Source: Vicinamibacteria bacterium (GTDB taxonomy: Bacteria > Acidobacteriota > Vicinamibacteria > Marinacidobacterales > Marinacidobacteraceae). From it: a stretch of 64,000 nucleotides of DNA. Below the pieces are notes generated by a model that saw only the letters and a program-made list of their open reading frames with translations, made no database searches and was not told the DNA's origin. The stretch's first letter is position 1; each line of letters starts with the position of its first letter. Shown here piece by piece: positions 9,486 through 21,056 of the stretch. The DNA lies in the NCBI GenBank assembly GCA_964291235.2, contig OZ219816.1, forward strand, positions 1,184,001 through 1,248,000, read 5' to 3'. Made by a program: the position numbers and the translations under genes.

Positions 9486-12400
9486 TCAGAATTGCTCCTC
9501 CAGCACGTATTCGAGAACCTCCAGGTAGTGGGCGGCGTCGGCGGGAGAAAAGGCCAGCGGCGGTTTCAATTTGATGACGTTGGCGTCTGGGCCGTCGGTG
9601 CTGTTCAGGACTCGAAAATCGCGGAGGCGATTCACGAGGCGAGTCGCTTCGGCAGCGGCGGGCTCTCGAGTACCGGGATCCCGCACCAGTTCAAACCCGA
9701 GAAACAGTCCGCGCCCCCGGACCTGACCGAGAATAGGGTAGCGGTTCTGAAGGTGCTTTAGCCCCTTCAGGAGAGTGTCGCCGACCGCTCCGGCGTGCTC
9801 CGCGAGGCGTTCCTCACGGATGACGTCGAGGACCGCGAGGCCGGCAGCGCAGGAAACCGGATTCCCGCCGAAGGTGTTGAAGTACTCCATGCCGTTGTCG
9901 AAGGAAGCAGCGAGTTCGCGTGTGGTGACCACCGCCCCGAGAGGATGTCCGTTGCCGGCGGGTTTCCCGAGGGTCACGATGTCCGGCCACACCGCCGGCT
10001 TGCCGCGCTGGACGTCGAGGAACGCCCAGAAATCGGGGCCCACCCGCCCGAAACCGGTCTGCACTTCATCTGCCACGATGAGTCCTCCAGCGTTCCGGAC
10101 GGCTTGGTAGAGCGCTCGCACATAGCCGGGAGGCGGCACGATCTGGCCACCGCAGCTCAGGATGGCTTCGCTGATGAGGGTGGCCGGTCCAAGTTCGCCC
10201 ACCCGGGTTGCGGCATCGGTCGTCAGGGCAGCGGCGAAATCGGGGCCGCTGTCGCGAAAGCGACCGCGGAAACCATCCGGCATGGGCAGCCGATGCAACC
10301 AGGCAGGCCCCGGGCGTCCGCCCTTGCCATCGAGCTTGTATGGGCTGACCTCGATCAGCGAGGTCAGGTTGCCGTGATAACCGCCGTCGAAGACCAGGGT
10401 TTCCCGCCGCCCCAGGTGGGTGCGCGCGATACGGAGCGCCAGGTCGTTCGCCTCGCTTCCGGAGTTCGTGAGGAAGACCACCTCAAGGGGGGCGGGAAGG
10501 GTCGCCGCAAGACGCCCGGCATAGTCGGTGAGGTTTCGATAGAGATAGCGGGTGTTCGTGTTGAGAAGCTGCGCCTGTGCCCGGATCGCCTCGACCACCC
10601 GGGGATGGGCGTGTCCGACGTGACAGACGTTGTTGACCATGTCGAGGAAATCACGGCCCTCCTGGTCGTAGAGGCGGGCGCCGCGTCCGCGCACGACCTG
10701 TATGGGGGATTCATAGGACAGGCTGAGTGCTCCGGAGATGTGCCGCTTCCGGAGCTTCAGGAGACGGTCGGTTTCATCGGCCCCGAGATCCTTCACGGTC
10801 GCGGCGGCGGCATCGTCGTCAAGCCCCAGGAAGCCGGTGGGATCGGGGCTGAGCGCCGCGAGTACGGGAGCGTCGCGTCCGGTGCTCCGGCGGGGAGGAG
10901 ATCCCCCGAAGTCGTCGGTAGTCACCTGAAAGCTCAGGCGTGCGGGCCGTTCGGGCGTGGTGAAGGCCATGAGCCGGCCGAAGACGGCTCCCCGGGACAG
11001 CTCGTCGCCCGGACGTAGCGACGACAGGCACGTCGCGTCGAGATGGCGGTAGACCGTCCAGAAGGACTCGCCGTTCCACCGGTGGCGAAGGCCGACCGAG
11101 GCGCCGCTTTCCTCATCGCCGCCGTTACTGCCGCTGGCCCACGCCACCCGGGCATCCAGCGGGGCCCGTACGGAGGTTCCGGCGGCGCGGAACACTTCGG
11201 CGTCCAACTGGCGGGTGGCCGGCTCAACGCCTGGCGGGCGGAACCGTGGACCGGAGGTTGCTTCGGCGCAGCGCGGCTCGAGATAGCGTCCGACTGCTGC
11301 CCCGCCGTCTTGGGTCGCCGCGGCAACGACCTTCTCGATGCTGTGCGTGACGCAGGCCGGATCCACCTTGGGACTGACGGGGGAAAGGTCCAGGATGCGG
11401 ACCCGGCCGTCGAGCGAGATCGGCGGAATGGCGTTTGCCGCGGCCTGGCGAATGGCGGCGTGTCGGGTTTCCAGGTTGTGTCGGGGGGCGTGGCCGGCGG
11501 CCATTCGGAAACGCCCGCGGGTCAACTCGGGCGCTTCCGAGTCGAGGGCTGCGAGGAACCGCCAGATGCCGGCCTCGCTCGTCATGAGATACGCCTCCCG
11601 GTCCGCCCCCGGCACATGCTTCCGGCGGAGGGCGGCAACGCCGGCGCTCACCAAAGCCCTTAGCGCGACCGCGGTCCGGAAGGCGTCGGCCTCCTCCTCG
11701 TCCACCGGCCGTTCACGGGCAAAACCGGCGAGTACGGTGGCCGCGGCCCGGAGCGGCTCCACGGCGGCGGCTGCGACATAGACGGCTGCGGTGGCGGCTT
11801 CGATGATTGCCGGCGCCCGGAGTGCGTCGCCGAAATCGAGCAGTGCGAGATCGTCGGGGGACGCTGATTCCGGCTCCGCCTCGAGGAGGAGCACGTTGTC
11901 GTCATTGGCGTCGTTGTGAAGCGCGGTGTCGGGTAGTTCGAAGAGCCGCGGCATCCGGCTCCGGATCGAGTCGCCGACTCGGCGGTAGAGCTCGCCGGCC
12001 TCCCCTTCGGGCAACACCTCCACGGCCGCTTCCATCACGGCAACGGCGTGAGCCGGGTCCCAGGGGAGCTCCTGATGGTTCAGGCCGGGATGATCAAACC
12101 CGGCAAGCGCCCGCTGCAAGCGCCCCAGCAGGCGTCCGACGGACTCCAGCAGAACTGGCGGGCGGCGGCGGAATGCCGAGAGGGGCCGGCCACGGACAAA
12201 GGGCAGGAGGCGGACCAGGTGCTCACCGCCCCGGAAGGGGCAGGCGACGAGATGTTGCCCGCCGGCGGGCACGCTCTCCGAGAGATTCAGGCCGGGATCG
12301 CGGGCGCGGGCGTGCCGGGCCATGCGGAGCTGCATATCCACCCGGGATCGATCCTCGGCGCGGCTGCTGATCTTCAGGACGAACCGGGCGCCCTGACCGT

Positions 12401-12560
12401 CCTCCAGCAGAAAGTTGCGGTCGCGCTCCCCGGGAAGCGGGGTTGCGGTGGCTTTGATCCCCCACTGGGCCAGGGCCACCGCGGCTGCCTCCCCGGGTTC
12501 CACCCGCGGCCGGGTCGCCAGGGGATCGAGAGCGAACGGAAGCGGTTCCGCGGGCGGCAT
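9486..12560 (-). CDS. Fused aminoglycoside-phosphotransferase-like kinase + degenerate M23-like domain + class-III aminotransferase (hydroxylysine kinase/phospho-lyase type)
   Basis: [16 protein letters not shown] and LLDFGD kinase motifs; [36 protein letters not shown] and YFNTFGGNP aminotransferase motifs. Confidence 0.88.
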   Translation of the reverse strand: MPPAEPLPFALDPLATRPRVEPGEAAAVALAQWGIKATATPLPGERDRNFLLEDGQGARFVLKISSRAEDRSRVDMQLRMARHARARDPGLNLSESVPAGGQHLVACPFRGGEHLVRLLPFVRGRPLSAFRRRPPVLLESVGRLLGRLQRALAGFDHPGLNHQELPWDPAHAVAVMEAAVEVLPEGEAGELYRRVGDSIRSRMPRLFELPDTALHNDANDDNVLLLEAEPESASPDDLALLDFGDALRAPAIIEAATAAVYVAAAAVEPLRAAATVLAGFARERPVDEEEADAFRTAVALRALVSAGVAALRRKHVPGADREAYLMTSEAGIWRFLAALDSEAPELTRGRFRMAAGHAPRHNLETRHAAIRQAAANAIPPISLDGRVRILDLSPVSPKVDPACVTHSIEKVVAAATQDGGAAVGRYLEPRCAEATSGPRFRPPGVEPATRQLDAEVFRAAGTSVRAPLDARVAWASGSNGGDEESGASVGLRHRWNGESFWTVYRHLDATCLSSLRPGDELSRGAVFGRLMAFTTPERPARLSFQVTTDDFGGSPPRRSTGRDAPVLAALSPDPTGFLGLDDDAAAATVKDLGADETDRLLKLRKRHISGALSLSYESPIQVVRGRGARLYDQEGRDFLDMVNNVCHVGHAHPRVVEAIRAQAQLLNTNTRYLYRNLTDYAGRLAATLPAPLEVVFLTNSGSEANDLALRIARTHLGRRETLVFDGGYHGNLTSLIEVSPYKLDGKGGRPGPAWLHRLPMPDGFRGRFRDSGPDFAAALTTDAATRVGELGPATLISEAILSCGGQIVPPPGYVRALYQAVRNAGGLIVADEVQTGFGRVGPDFWAFLDVQRGKPAVWPDIVTLGKPAGNGHPLGAVVTTRELAASFDNGMEYFNTFGGNPVSCAAGLAVLDVIREERLAEHAGAVGDTLLKGLKHLQNRYPILGQVRGRGLFLGFELVRDPGTREPAAAEATRLVNRLRDFRVLNSTDGPDANVIKLKPPLAFSPADAAHYLEVLEYVLEEQF

Positions 12561-12568
12561 ATCGGGGA

Positions 12569-13942
12569 TCAGCGGAGCAGAAGCCGAAGCAGGCCGAGCC
12601 GGTTTCGATACGGGGGATACCGCACCGGGGGATCCAGCCAGGTTGCCGCGTTCAGGACTGCCCGCGAATGGGACAGCAGATCGAAGCCATGGACCCCGTG
12701 ATAGTTGCCGTGGCCGCTCTTGCCGACGCCGCCGAAGGGCAGGGCGGGATTGGCGCACTGGACAACGGCGTCGTTCGTAACGAGGGCTCCCGAGCGCAGT
12801 GCCGAGGCGGCTCGCCGAACCGGCTCCCGCCGCCGGGAAAATACGTAGAGCGCTAGGGGATCCGGGTGCATGCCGATCTCTTCGAGTGCTTCGTCGAAAT
12901 CGCGATAGGGAAGCAGCGGCAGAATGGGCCCGAAGATTTCCTCCCGCGCGGCCGGGTGCTCCGCGGGCCAGGGGCCCGTGATGGTGGGGCCGAAGTAGAG
13001 GCGCTCGAGGTCCCGGTCGCCGCCCTTCAGGAGCCGGAGTCCGGTCAACAGTCCTTCGAGGCGCTGGAAATGATCCCGGTGGACGATCCTGCCGTAATCG
13101 GGACTCCGGGCCGGTGCTCCCCCATAGAAGCGGTCCAGGTTTCGGCCCAGCATCTGGACGAACTCGTCGAAGCGTTCCTCGGGAACAAGCACGAAATCGG
13201 GTGCGACACAGGTCTGCCCGGCGTTGAGGAACTTCGCCCAGGCAAGTCGGCGCGCCGCGACTCGCAGGTTCGCGCTCCGGTCCAGGATCGCCGGACACTT
13301 GCCTCCCAACTCAAGAGTGACGGGTGTCAGACAACGTCCGGCCGCTTCCGCGACGAGGGCTCCCACCCGCCGGCTGCCAGTGAAGAGAACGTGGTCGAAC
13401 CCCTGCGTGACGAGTTCCCGAGCGGTGTCGGGTCCCCCTTCGACGACCTGGACGAGTCCGGGCGGCAGCGCGGGGGGCACCAGTTCGGCCAGCTTGCGGG
13501 CGGTCGCCGGAGCGTGCTCGGACGGTTTGATGATCACCGCGTTCCCGGCCGCGATGGCGGCGACGGCCGGCGCCAGCGTCAACTGCAGGGGGTAGTTCCA
13601 CGGGGCGATGACGAGGACCGCTCCGACCGGGGCCGGCTCAACGCGGCTGAGCGCCGGCATGACGGCCAGTGGGGTCCCCACTCGGCGCGAACGCATCCAT
13701 CGCCGCAGGTGACGCCTGGCGTGACGAATCTCCGCGAGGACCAGGCCCGTCTGGGTGGCCCAGGTCTCAAACGCCGGTGCCCCGAGATCGTCGCGCAGCG
13801 CGTTTTCCCAGGTGCGCCGCTGGTCGCGGAGGAGCCCCGCGAGCGTTCCCAGCGCCTCGCTGCGAAACGCCCTGGACGCGGTTTTCCCCGACGCCACCAG
13901 GCGGCGCGCCCGCTCGCGGACCTCTGGCACGTCTTTGTTCAC
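12569..13942 (-). CDS. Aldehyde dehydrogenase (ALDH3-like)
   Basis: IAPWNYP, KPSE, FTGS, LELGGKCP, NAGQTCVAPD, EEIFGP and PFGGVGKSG motifs; GTG start at 13942. Confidence 0.93.
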   Translation of the reverse strand: MNKDVPEVRERARRLVASGKTASRAFRSEALGTLAGLLRDQRRTWENALRDDLGAPAFETWATQTGLVLAEIRHARRHLRRWMRSRRVGTPLAVMPALSRVEPAPVGAVLVIAPWNYPLQLTLAPAVAAIAAGNAVIIKPSEHAPATARKLAELVPPALPPGLVQVVEGGPDTARELVTQGFDHVLFTGSRRVGALVAEAAGRCLTPVTLELGGKCPAILDRSANLRVAARRLAWAKFLNAGQTCVAPDFVLVPEERFDEFVQMLGRNLDRFYGGAPARSPDYGRIVHRDHFQRLEGLLTGLRLLKGGDRDLERLYFGPTITGPWPAEHPAAREEIFGPILPLLPYRDFDEALEEIGMHPDPLALYVFSRRREPVRRAASALRSGALVTNDAVVQCANPALPFGGVGKSGHGNYHGVHGFDLLSHSRAVLNAATWLDPPVRYPPYRNRLGLLRLLLR

Positions 13943-14047
13943 AGGCGGCGCGAGTATACGGAGCGGCGCCTTCCGGATCGCGACCCTGGGGCCCGAGGCC
14001 GCTAGCAGCCGCTGGATACACTTCGCGGACGCGAACGACCGACCGCG

Positions 14048-14689
14048 ATGCGATTTCTCGAACCCACGCTGCCTTCGCCCGCGACCGCTCTGGATGGGCG
14101 GGCCGAAGCGATACCGATACCCGAGAAACACTTCGTTCTCAAGACTCCGCTGGCGCCGCCGTGGCCCGCGGGAATGGCGGAAGCCGTGTTCGGGATGGGT
14201 TGTTTCTGGGGTGCGGAACGGCTCTTCTGGACTGCCGCGGGCGTTTACACCACGGCCGTCGGGTATGCGGGCGGCCTGACCCCGAACCCCAGCTACCGCG
14301 AGGTCTGCACCGGCCGTACCGGGCACGCCGAGGTCGTTCGGGTGGTGTTCGATCCAGGCCGGACGTCGTACGAGAGGCTCCTTCAAGTCTTCTGGGAAAA
14401 CCATGATCCGACGCAGGGGATGCGCCAGGGCAACGATGTCGGGACCCAGTACCGATCCGCGATCTACGCCATCGGGATGGAGCAGCGTCGCGCGGCGCTG
14501 CGGGCCAGGGATGCCTACCGGGAGCGTCTCGGAATGGCGGGATACGGAGACATCACCACGGAGATCCGGGAGGCGCCGGTCTTTTACTACGCCGAGGACT
14601 ACCACCAGCAATACCTCGCGAAGAACCCGAGCGGCTACTGCGGCATCGGCGGTACCGGGGTTTCCTGCCCGACCGGCATCTCCGCCTGA
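14048..14689 (+). CDS. msrA: Peptide-methionine (S)-S-oxide reductase
   Basis: GCFWGAE active site, [25 protein letters not shown]. Confidence 0.97.
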   Translation: MRFLEPTLPSPATALDGRAEAIPIPEKHFVLKTPLAPPWPAGMAEAVFGMGCFWGAERLFWTAAGVYTTAVGYAGGLTPNPSYREVCTGRTGHAEVVRVVFDPGRTSYERLLQVFWENHDPTQGMRQGNDVGTQYRSAIYAIGMEQRRAALRARDAYRERLGMAGYGDITTEIREAPVFYYAEDYHQQYLAKNPSGYCGIGGTGVSCPTGISA

Positions 14690-14696
14690 CTCTCCG

Positions 14697-15068
14697 GTGG
14701 CGGACAACGCTCCGAAGACAGCGGCCGAGAAAGCCGCGGCGCTCGCTCTGGACCGCGTGGAACGTCACATCTTCCTGTGTGCCGATGCGGACCAACCCAA
14801 GTGCTGCGACCCGCCCCGCGGCTGCGAGAGCTGGCTCTACCTCAAACGCCGCCTGGAGGAACTGGGGCTCGCCAACGGCCCGGCGGGAGGGCGGGTGGCG
14901 CGCAGCAAGGCGAACTGCCTCCGCGTCTGCGCCGAAGGCCCGATCGCCGTGGTGTACCCCGAGGGCGTCTGGTACTCGGGGATGACGCCGGAAGCCATCG
15001 AGGAGGTCATCCAGAGCCACCTGATCGGGGGAAGACCCGTCGAGAAATACCGCATCCCCAACAGTTGA
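14697..15068 (+). CDS. Thioredoxin-like [2Fe-2S] ferredoxin
   Basis: RHIFLC...KCC...KANCLRVCAEGPIAVVYPEGVWY; GTG start at 14697. Confidence 0.88.
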   Translation: MADNAPKTAAEKAAALALDRVERHIFLCADADQPKCCDPPRGCESWLYLKRRLEELGLANGPAGGRVARSKANCLRVCAEGPIAVVYPEGVWYSGMTPEAIEEVIQSHLIGGRPVEKYRIPNS

Positions 15069-15089
15069 CGCTCCGGGGACGGGCGCCGG

Positions 15090-18000
15090 CTACGCCAGGT
15101 AGCGGCGGAGCAGACGTTCCGCTTCGCTGGTAGCGATTCCACGGCGGCGGGCGTAGTCCTCCAGTTGATCGCGGCCGACGGCGCCGATCGAGAAGTAACG
15201 TGATTCAGGGCTTGCGAAGTAGAAGCCGGCGACCGAGGCCGCCGGGAGGATCGCGAAGCTCTCGGTGAGCTGGACTCCAATCGCCTGCTCGGCATCGAGC
15301 AGACGGAATACCTCTTCCAGCATGCCGATATCCGGCGTCGCCGGATATCCCGGGGCGGGGCGGATTCCGCGGTAACGCCCGCGGATCAGATCCTGATGCG
15401 TCAGATCGTCCGCCTTCTCGTAGCCCAACTCGCAGCGAGCGCGCCGGTGGAGCCACTCGGCGAGCGCCTCGGCAAGTCGGTCCCCGAGTGAGCGCAGCAA
15501 GAGGGCTTCGTAGTCGTCGCCTGCTCTCTCGGCAGCCTCGACGAGTTCGGCCAACCCGTGGCCGGCAGTCACGGCGAACGCCCCCAGGACATCGGCTCCG
15601 GCGCCTGACGACGGCCCCTCGGCCGCCCGGTTCAGAAAATCGGACACCGCGAGGCGCGGCCCCGGGCGGTCTTCCTGTTGCCGGAGCGTTGGGAGCCGGG
15701 TCAGCGGCGGATCCTCAGGCCGTCCGGGGCGCCAGATGAGAATGTCGTCGCCCTCGCTCGCCGCGGGGAAAAACCCATAGACGGCCGTTGGCCTCAGGGC
15801 TCGCTGCTGGGCCAGTTCCTCCAGTTTGCGGAGGGCGTTGTCGAGGAGTTCCCGAGCCTGAGCGCCGGTGGGTTCTTGCTCAATCAGCGCGGGGAAGGCG
15901 CCGCGGAACTCCCAGGCATGGAAGAACGGGGTCCAGTCCACGTACGGAATCAAGTCCCGGATGGGGACGTTCGGGATCACGCGGCAACCCCAAAAAGGCG
16001 GCTCGATCCGCTCCGTTACGCCAAACCTGGGGGCGCGGCGACGGGCGGCGGCAAGCGCGAGGAGTTTCGGACGCCGGCGGTCCGTGCGATGTCGCTCACG
16101 CTCCTGGGCATCGCGGTTGTCCTCCAAAAAGGCGGCCGAGGCCGTCCCCAGGAGAGCCCGGACGACCCCCGAGGTACGCGAGGCATCGGCCACGTGAACA
16201 ACCGGGCCCGAGCGGGCGGGGGCGATGCGGAGCGCGGTATGGCGGGATGAGGTCGTTGCACCGCCGATCAACAGCGGCAAGGAGACGCCGCGGCGCTCCA
16301 TCTCCGCGGCGAAGCGCTCCATCTCGTCGAGAGACGGGGTGATGAGTCCGGAGAGGCCGATCAGGTCGGCGCCCCCTTCGGCGGCGGTGTCGAGAATCCG
16401 GTCGGCGGGCACCATGACGCCGAGGTCTTCCACCTGGTACCCGTTACAGGCCAGCACGATCCCCACGATGCTCTTCCCGATGTCGTGGACGTCGCCCTTC
16501 ACGGTAGCCAGAACGATCTTCTCCCGAGGGCTGCCGGCCTCCTCCGACTCCATGTACGGCTCCAGGACCGCGACCGCCCTCTTCATCACCCGCGCGCTCT
16601 TGACGACCTGCGGAAGGAACATTCTTCCGTCCCCGAAGCGGTCGCCGACGACGCGCATTCCGTCCATGAGCGGGCCCTCGATGACTTCGAGGGCAGAGGC
16701 CATCTGGCGCCGCGCCTCGTCGGCGTCCCGTTCGACGAATTCGAGCACGCCGTTGACCACTGCGTGAGCGAGTCGCTCCCCGACGGGCCGGCGACGCCAG
16801 GAATCGTCGGTCAGGGAAGTTCTTCGCTCCGCGCGGGCGGCGCCAGCCACCTCGAGCAAGCGATCGGTCGCGTCGCCGCGCCGCGCGAGCACCACGTCTT
16901 CGACCCGCTCGCGCAGCGATGGCTCGATCTCGTCGTAAACGGGGAGCCGTCCGGCATTCACGATCCCCATGTCGAGTCCCGCGGCGATGGCGTGGTGCAA
17001 GAAGACGGCGTTCATGGCCTGTCGCACTCCCTCGTTGCCGCGAAACGCGAAGGAGAGATTCGAAATGCCTCCCGAGACGAGCGACCCGGGACACGCTGCC
17101 CGGATTCGCGGAATCGCCTCGAGGAACTCGACGGCGTAACGGTCGTGTTCGGGAATTCCCGTGGCCACGGCGAGGACGTTCGGGTCGAAGATGATGTCCT
17201 CGGGGAAAAAGCCGGCGGCTTCGGTCAGCAGGCGATAGGCGCGGGCACAGATGGCCGTCTTGCGGGCCGCATCCACCGCCTGGCCCTCCTCGTCGAAGGC
17301 CATCACGATGACCGCCGCCCCGAAGCGGCGAATCCGGCGGGCGGCGGCCACGAAAGCCTCCTCTCCGTCCTTCAAGGAAAGCGAGTTGACCACCCCCTTG
17401 CCGGGAAGACAGCGGAGGCCGGCCTCGATGACGTCGATCCGGGAGCTGTCCACGATGATCGGAAGCCGGGCGATGTCCGGCTCCATGGCGATGAGGTTCA
17501 GGAACCGGCTCATCACGTTCGCGGAATCGAGCAGCCCCTCGTCCATGTTGACGTCGAGCAGGTTGGCGCCGCCCTCCACCTGGTCGCGCGCCACCCCCAC
17601 GGCGGCCTCGAAGCGCTCCTCCCGAATGAGCCGGGCGAAACGGCGGGAGCCGGTGACGTTGGTGCGCTCGCCCACGATCAGAAACGCCGATGCCGGCCGC
17701 ACCAGCGGTTCGGTCCCGGCGAGTTGCAGCGCCCGAGAGGATTCGGGGACGCGGCGCGGCCGTGCTCCGGCCACCGAGCTACGAATCTGCCGGATGTGCT
17801 CCGGCGTTGTGCCGCAGCAGCCGCCAACGAAGTTGACGAGCCCGGCCGCTGCAAGTTCACCGAGGGCCGCCCCGGTGATCTCCGGAGCCTCGTCATAGCC
17901 GCCGAGATCGTTCGGAAGGCCGGCGTTCGGGACTGCCCCCACCGGCACCGGAGCGAGACGCGCGAGGGTCGCCACGATGGGGCGCATCGCTTCGGCGCCG

Positions 18001-18740
18001 ATCGAGCAGTTCGCCCCCACCGCCGTCACCTCCGCGTGGGCGACGGACACCCAGAAGGCCTCGGAGTCCTGACCGGTGAGATTGCGCCCTCCCTGGTCCA
18101 CGGAGGTAAAGGAAACGAGAAGGCCGGGGTCTCCCGGCGCCTCGGCAATGGCTTCCCGGGCGGCGTCGAGGGCCGCTTTGGCATTCAGGGTGTCGAAGCA
18201 CGTTTCGACAAGGAGCAGGTCGGCGCCGCCCGCGAGGAGTCCCGCCGCCTGCTCGCGGTATGCCGAGCGCAACTCGTCCCAGGTCACGGCCCGGAAAGCT
18301 GGATCCGAGACGGTGGGTGAGACGCTCAGGGTCCGGTTGGTGGGCCCCATGGAGCCCAGGACGAAGCAGGGCCGACCGGCGGCGTCGGCGGCGCGGCGGG
18401 CCGCCTCCGCCCCCAGGCGGTTGAGCTCGAAGCTGCGATCTTCGAGCCCGTAGTCCAGCAGCGATATGGCGTTCGCGTTGAACGTATTGGTGGTGAGCGC
18501 TTCCGCGCCGGCATCCAGGTAGAGCTCATGCACCTTCTGGATCAGCTCTGGACGGGTCAGCGACAGCACGTCGTGAAGTCCCTGGAGCGGCTTCGTATGG
18601 CCGCGGAGCCGTTGGCCCCGAAAGCCGGCTTCGTCGAGGCGCTCCGCCTGCAGCATCGTTCCGATGGCGCCGTCGAACACGAGGACGCGCTCGGAAAGCG
18701 CCCTCAGGAAGCCCGGTCGGCCCAGCCGCGGTGCGGTCAT
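15090..18740 (-). CDS. metH: Cobalamin-dependent methionine synthase
   Basis: [45 protein letters not shown] (B12 motif) and RPAPGYPA; 1216 aa. Confidence 0.97.
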   Translation of the reverse strand: MTAPRLGRPGFLRALSERVLVFDGAIGTMLQAERLDEAGFRGQRLRGHTKPLQGLHDVLSLTRPELIQKVHELYLDAGAEALTTNTFNANAISLLDYGLEDRSFELNRLGAEAARRAADAAGRPCFVLGSMGPTNRTLSVSPTVSDPAFRAVTWDELRSAYREQAAGLLAGGADLLLVETCFDTLNAKAALDAAREAIAEAPGDPGLLVSFTSVDQGGRNLTGQDSEAFWVSVAHAEVTAVGANCSIGAEAMRPIVATLARLAPVPVGAVPNAGLPNDLGGYDEAPEITGAALGELAAAGLVNFVGGCCGTTPEHIRQIRSSVAGARPRRVPESSRALQLAGTEPLVRPASAFLIVGERTNVTGSRRFARLIREERFEAAVGVARDQVEGGANLLDVNMDEGLLDSANVMSRFLNLIAMEPDIARLPIIVDSSRIDVIEAGLRCLPGKGVVNSLSLKDGEEAFVAAARRIRRFGAAVIVMAFDEEGQAVDAARKTAICARAYRLLTEAAGFFPEDIIFDPNVLAVATGIPEHDRYAVEFLEAIPRIRAACPGSLVSGGISNLSFAFRGNEGVRQAMNAVFLHHAIAAGLDMGIVNAGRLPVYDEIEPSLRERVEDVVLARRGDATDRLLEVAGAARAERRTSLTDDSWRRRPVGERLAHAVVNGVLEFVERDADEARRQMASALEVIEGPLMDGMRVVGDRFGDGRMFLPQVVKSARVMKRAVAVLEPYMESEEAGSPREKIVLATVKGDVHDIGKSIVGIVLACNGYQVEDLGVMVPADRILDTAAEGGADLIGLSGLITPSLDEMERFAAEMERRGVSLPLLIGGATTSSRHTALRIAPARSGPVVHVADASRTSGVVRALLGTASAAFLEDNRDAQERERHRTDRRRPKLLALAAARRRAPRFGVTERIEPPFWGCRVIPNVPIRDLIPYVDWTPFFHAWEFRGAFPALIEQEPTGAQARELLDNALRKLEELAQQRALRPTAVYGFFPAASEGDDILIWRPGRPEDPPLTRLPTLRQQEDRPGPRLAVSDFLNRAAEGPSSGAGADVLGAFAVTAGHGLAELVEAAERAGDDYEALLLRSLGDRLAEALAEWLHRRARCELGYEKADDLTHQDLIRGRYRGIRPAPGYPATPDIGMLEEVFRLLDAEQAIGVQLTESFAILPAASVAGFYFASPESRYFSIGAVGRDQLEDYARRRGIATSEAERLLRRYLA

Positions 18741-18825
18741 AAAGCACCGGAAGTCTAGGAGTCCGCCCGGGGCGGCGTTCGGCTGCCGGTACCATGGACT
18801 CCACTTCAGTCCGCGAGACCCGCAA

Positions 18826-20049
18826 ATGCCGCTTCATATCCAGGTCGTCCTCGGCGCGGTCGGCGGTGTGCTGGCCGGGATACTCCTCGGCGAGCAGGCC
18901 GCGGTCCTGCAGCCGATCGCGGATCTGTTCGTGCGTCTGCTGCGGATGATCATCGCACCGCTGATCTTCGTCACCCTGGCCCTCGCGTTGACCAGGACCG
19001 GGGGCAAAGGTACGGGCAGGATTGGCGTCCGGGCGATTGCCTACAACCTGAGCACGCTGGCGGTGGCGTTGGCGGTCGGTATCGGAATCGCCGTCTGGCT
19101 CGGTCCGGGACGGGGAGTGGACATCTCCGCCCTGGGTGGCGCCGAGGAATCCGCGGGGGTGGCTGCGGGGCAGGCGCGCTCCATCATGGACATCCTGGTG
19201 GGAATCGTGCCCACAAACGTCGTCGGCGCCTTCGCCGAAGCCGAGGTCCTTCAGGTTCTGTTCCTCGCGATCCTGTTCGGGGTAGCCGTAAACGCGCTCG
19301 GCAGCGAACGCGTCAGGCCGCTGATCGACGTGCTGCAGGCGGTCAACGACGTGCTGTACCGGGTCGTGCACTGGGTGGTCTTGCTGGCGCCCGCCGGGGT
19401 GTTCGCGATCCTGGCGGCCGTCGTGGGGCAATCCGGACTGAACATCCTGGGGACGCTCTTCTGGTATGTCCTGGTGTGTCTCATCGCGACGCTGGTGCAC
19501 GTCGGCGGGGTTCATGCGCTGCTCCTCCGCGTTTGGGCTCGCCAGCCTCTGGGGACGCTGTTGCGCGCGTTGCGCGAACCGCTCCCCATCGCTTTCGCCT
19601 CGGTCTCGACTGCCGCGGCGCTTCCGGTCTCCATGGCCGCGGTCCCCCGCGAGACGGGAATCTCCGAGAAGGTCGCGGGGTTTGTGTTGCCGTTGGGCGC
19701 CGCGGCGGGACGAGACTCGAGCGGGATCTATCAGGTCGTCTCGGTCGTGGCCATCGCGCAATTGGTGGGCCGTACCCTCGACCCGGGCGAGTTGGTGCTC
19801 CTTTGGGTGACCGCCATCCTGAGTTCGCTGGCGGTTTCCGGTGTTCCCGCCGCCAGCTTCGTGAATCTCACGATCCTCCTCGGGGCGCTGGGGCTGCCGG
19901 TGACGCTCTCGGCGCTGGTGCTGGCCGTCGAGCGTCCGCTGGATCACCTGCGGACGAGCGGAAACCTGATCGGTCAGATCTCGAATGCGATTTTCACCGG
20001 AGCCACGACCGGGGAAATGGATTCACGAGAAGCGCAACCCGGCGAATGA
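18826..20049 (+). CDS. Dicarboxylate/amino acid:cation symporter (DAACS family)
   Basis: [37 protein letters not shown] and LDHLRT motifs; hydrophobic throughout. Confidence 0.9.
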   Translation: MPLHIQVVLGAVGGVLAGILLGEQAAVLQPIADLFVRLLRMIIAPLIFVTLALALTRTGGKGTGRIGVRAIAYNLSTLAVALAVGIGIAVWLGPGRGVDISALGGAEESAGVAAGQARSIMDILVGIVPTNVVGAFAEAEVLQVLFLAILFGVAVNALGSERVRPLIDVLQAVNDVLYRVVHWVVLLAPAGVFAILAAVVGQSGLNILGTLFWYVLVCLIATLVHVGGVHALLLRVWARQPLGTLLRALREPLPIAFASVSTAAALPVSMAAVPRETGISEKVAGFVLPLGAAAGRDSSGIYQVVSVVAIAQLVGRTLDPGELVLLWVTAILSSLAVSGVPAASFVNLTILLGALGLPVTLSALVLAVERPLDHLRTSGNLIGQISNAIFTGATTGEMDSREAQPGE

Positions 20050-21050
20050 GGGCCGCACGGCTGGGGGCCCTGTGCGGCCTGGCCCTCGTGGCGTGCGGCG
20101 GAGGCGAGACATCCTCCCCAAGCCCGCCAACCGCGCCGACGGCGCCGCCCGCATCGTTCAGCGTGCGCGGGGCCGTCACGCGAACCGTTCTTGGGGGGCC
20201 GGTCGCCGGCGCCACGCTCAGCGCCGGCGGAGCGACCGCCCGTTCGGGAGCGGATGGATCCTTCGGACTCGACCTGCCGGCGGGCGAACATCGGCTTACG
20301 GTGTCAGGGCCGGGAATCGTGGAACGCACCACGACCATCCGCGCTCCCCAGGATGCGGTTGCCCTTGATGTCGTTGTTGACGATTCGCCCTGGAACCTCG
20401 ATTTCTACCGGGAGATCGCCCGCAACGGGGCTGGAGGCGGGGATCTCGAAACGCTGATCCCCTGGGATGGCGAGCCCACGTTCTACATCGATGCGCGCCC
20501 GGAACCCACCACCGGCGCCGAGATTCCGGCGGAGACGATCGACTTCGTGGAACAGGCCATCCGGATCACCGTCCCGCTGCTCAGTGGCGGCCGCTACCTG
20601 GGAGAGCGCGTCGAGGTGACTCATGAACCGCCGGCGGACATGACGCCCGGCACCGTCATTTTTCGCTGGAACGCCGAGGAGGTATCCGAATTCGCGGACA
20701 GTGCGGATGCCTTCGCCTATCGGGTCGGTGGCGGCGCAAACGTGGTGGTGTTCCGGCACATCCCGGAAACCTGGGCCGTCCATCATGAAATCGGCCATGT
20801 GATGGGGCTGTTCCATCCGCTTGGCGGCCTTCGCCCGTCTCACATGTGGTACTCCGGCGAACTCGAACCTCCGCACTTCACCGAGTGGGACATCTTCCAC
20901 GCGCAGGTCCTGTATTCCCGGCCGGCGGGCAACGCGGATGTGGATGTGGACCCGCCGGGGTTCGTTACCCGGGGGACGAACGCGGCCGGGGTCTCGGGCA
21001 GCGGGCCGATCGCCTGCTTCTTCCCGAAGCCGGGTCCGCCGCGCCGCTGA
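20046..21050 (+). CDS. Lipoprotein with Ig/carboxypeptidase-regulatory-like domain and metzincin-type Zn-protease domain
   Basis: LVAC lipobox, Pro-rich linker, HEIGHVMGLFH (HExxHxxGxxH) and downstream Met (SHMWY); ATGA overlap with the upstream gene. Confidence 0.75.
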   Translation: MRAARLGALCGLALVACGGGETSSPSPPTAPTAPPASFSVRGAVTRTVLGGPVAGATLSAGGATARSGADGSFGLDLPAGEHRLTVSGPGIVERTTTIRAPQDAVALDVVVDDSPWNLDFYREIARNGAGGGDLETLIPWDGEPTFYIDARPEPTTGAEIPAETIDFVEQAIRITVPLLSGGRYLGERVEVTHEPPADMTPGTVIFRWNAEEVSEFADSADAFAYRVGGGANVVVFRHIPETWAVHHEIGHVMGLFHPLGGLRPSHMWYSGELEPPHFTEWDIFHAQVLYSRPAGNADVDVDPPGFVTRGTNAAGVSGSGPIACFFPKPGPPRR

Positions 21051-21056
21051 CCCGAT

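Noticed and set aside
12560-13298. N-terminal extension of the 1270-aa ORF, and similar over-long starts at 9049, 14707, 47670 and 61773
   Set aside because: The extensions overlap neighbouring real genes; downstream starts were chosen instead.
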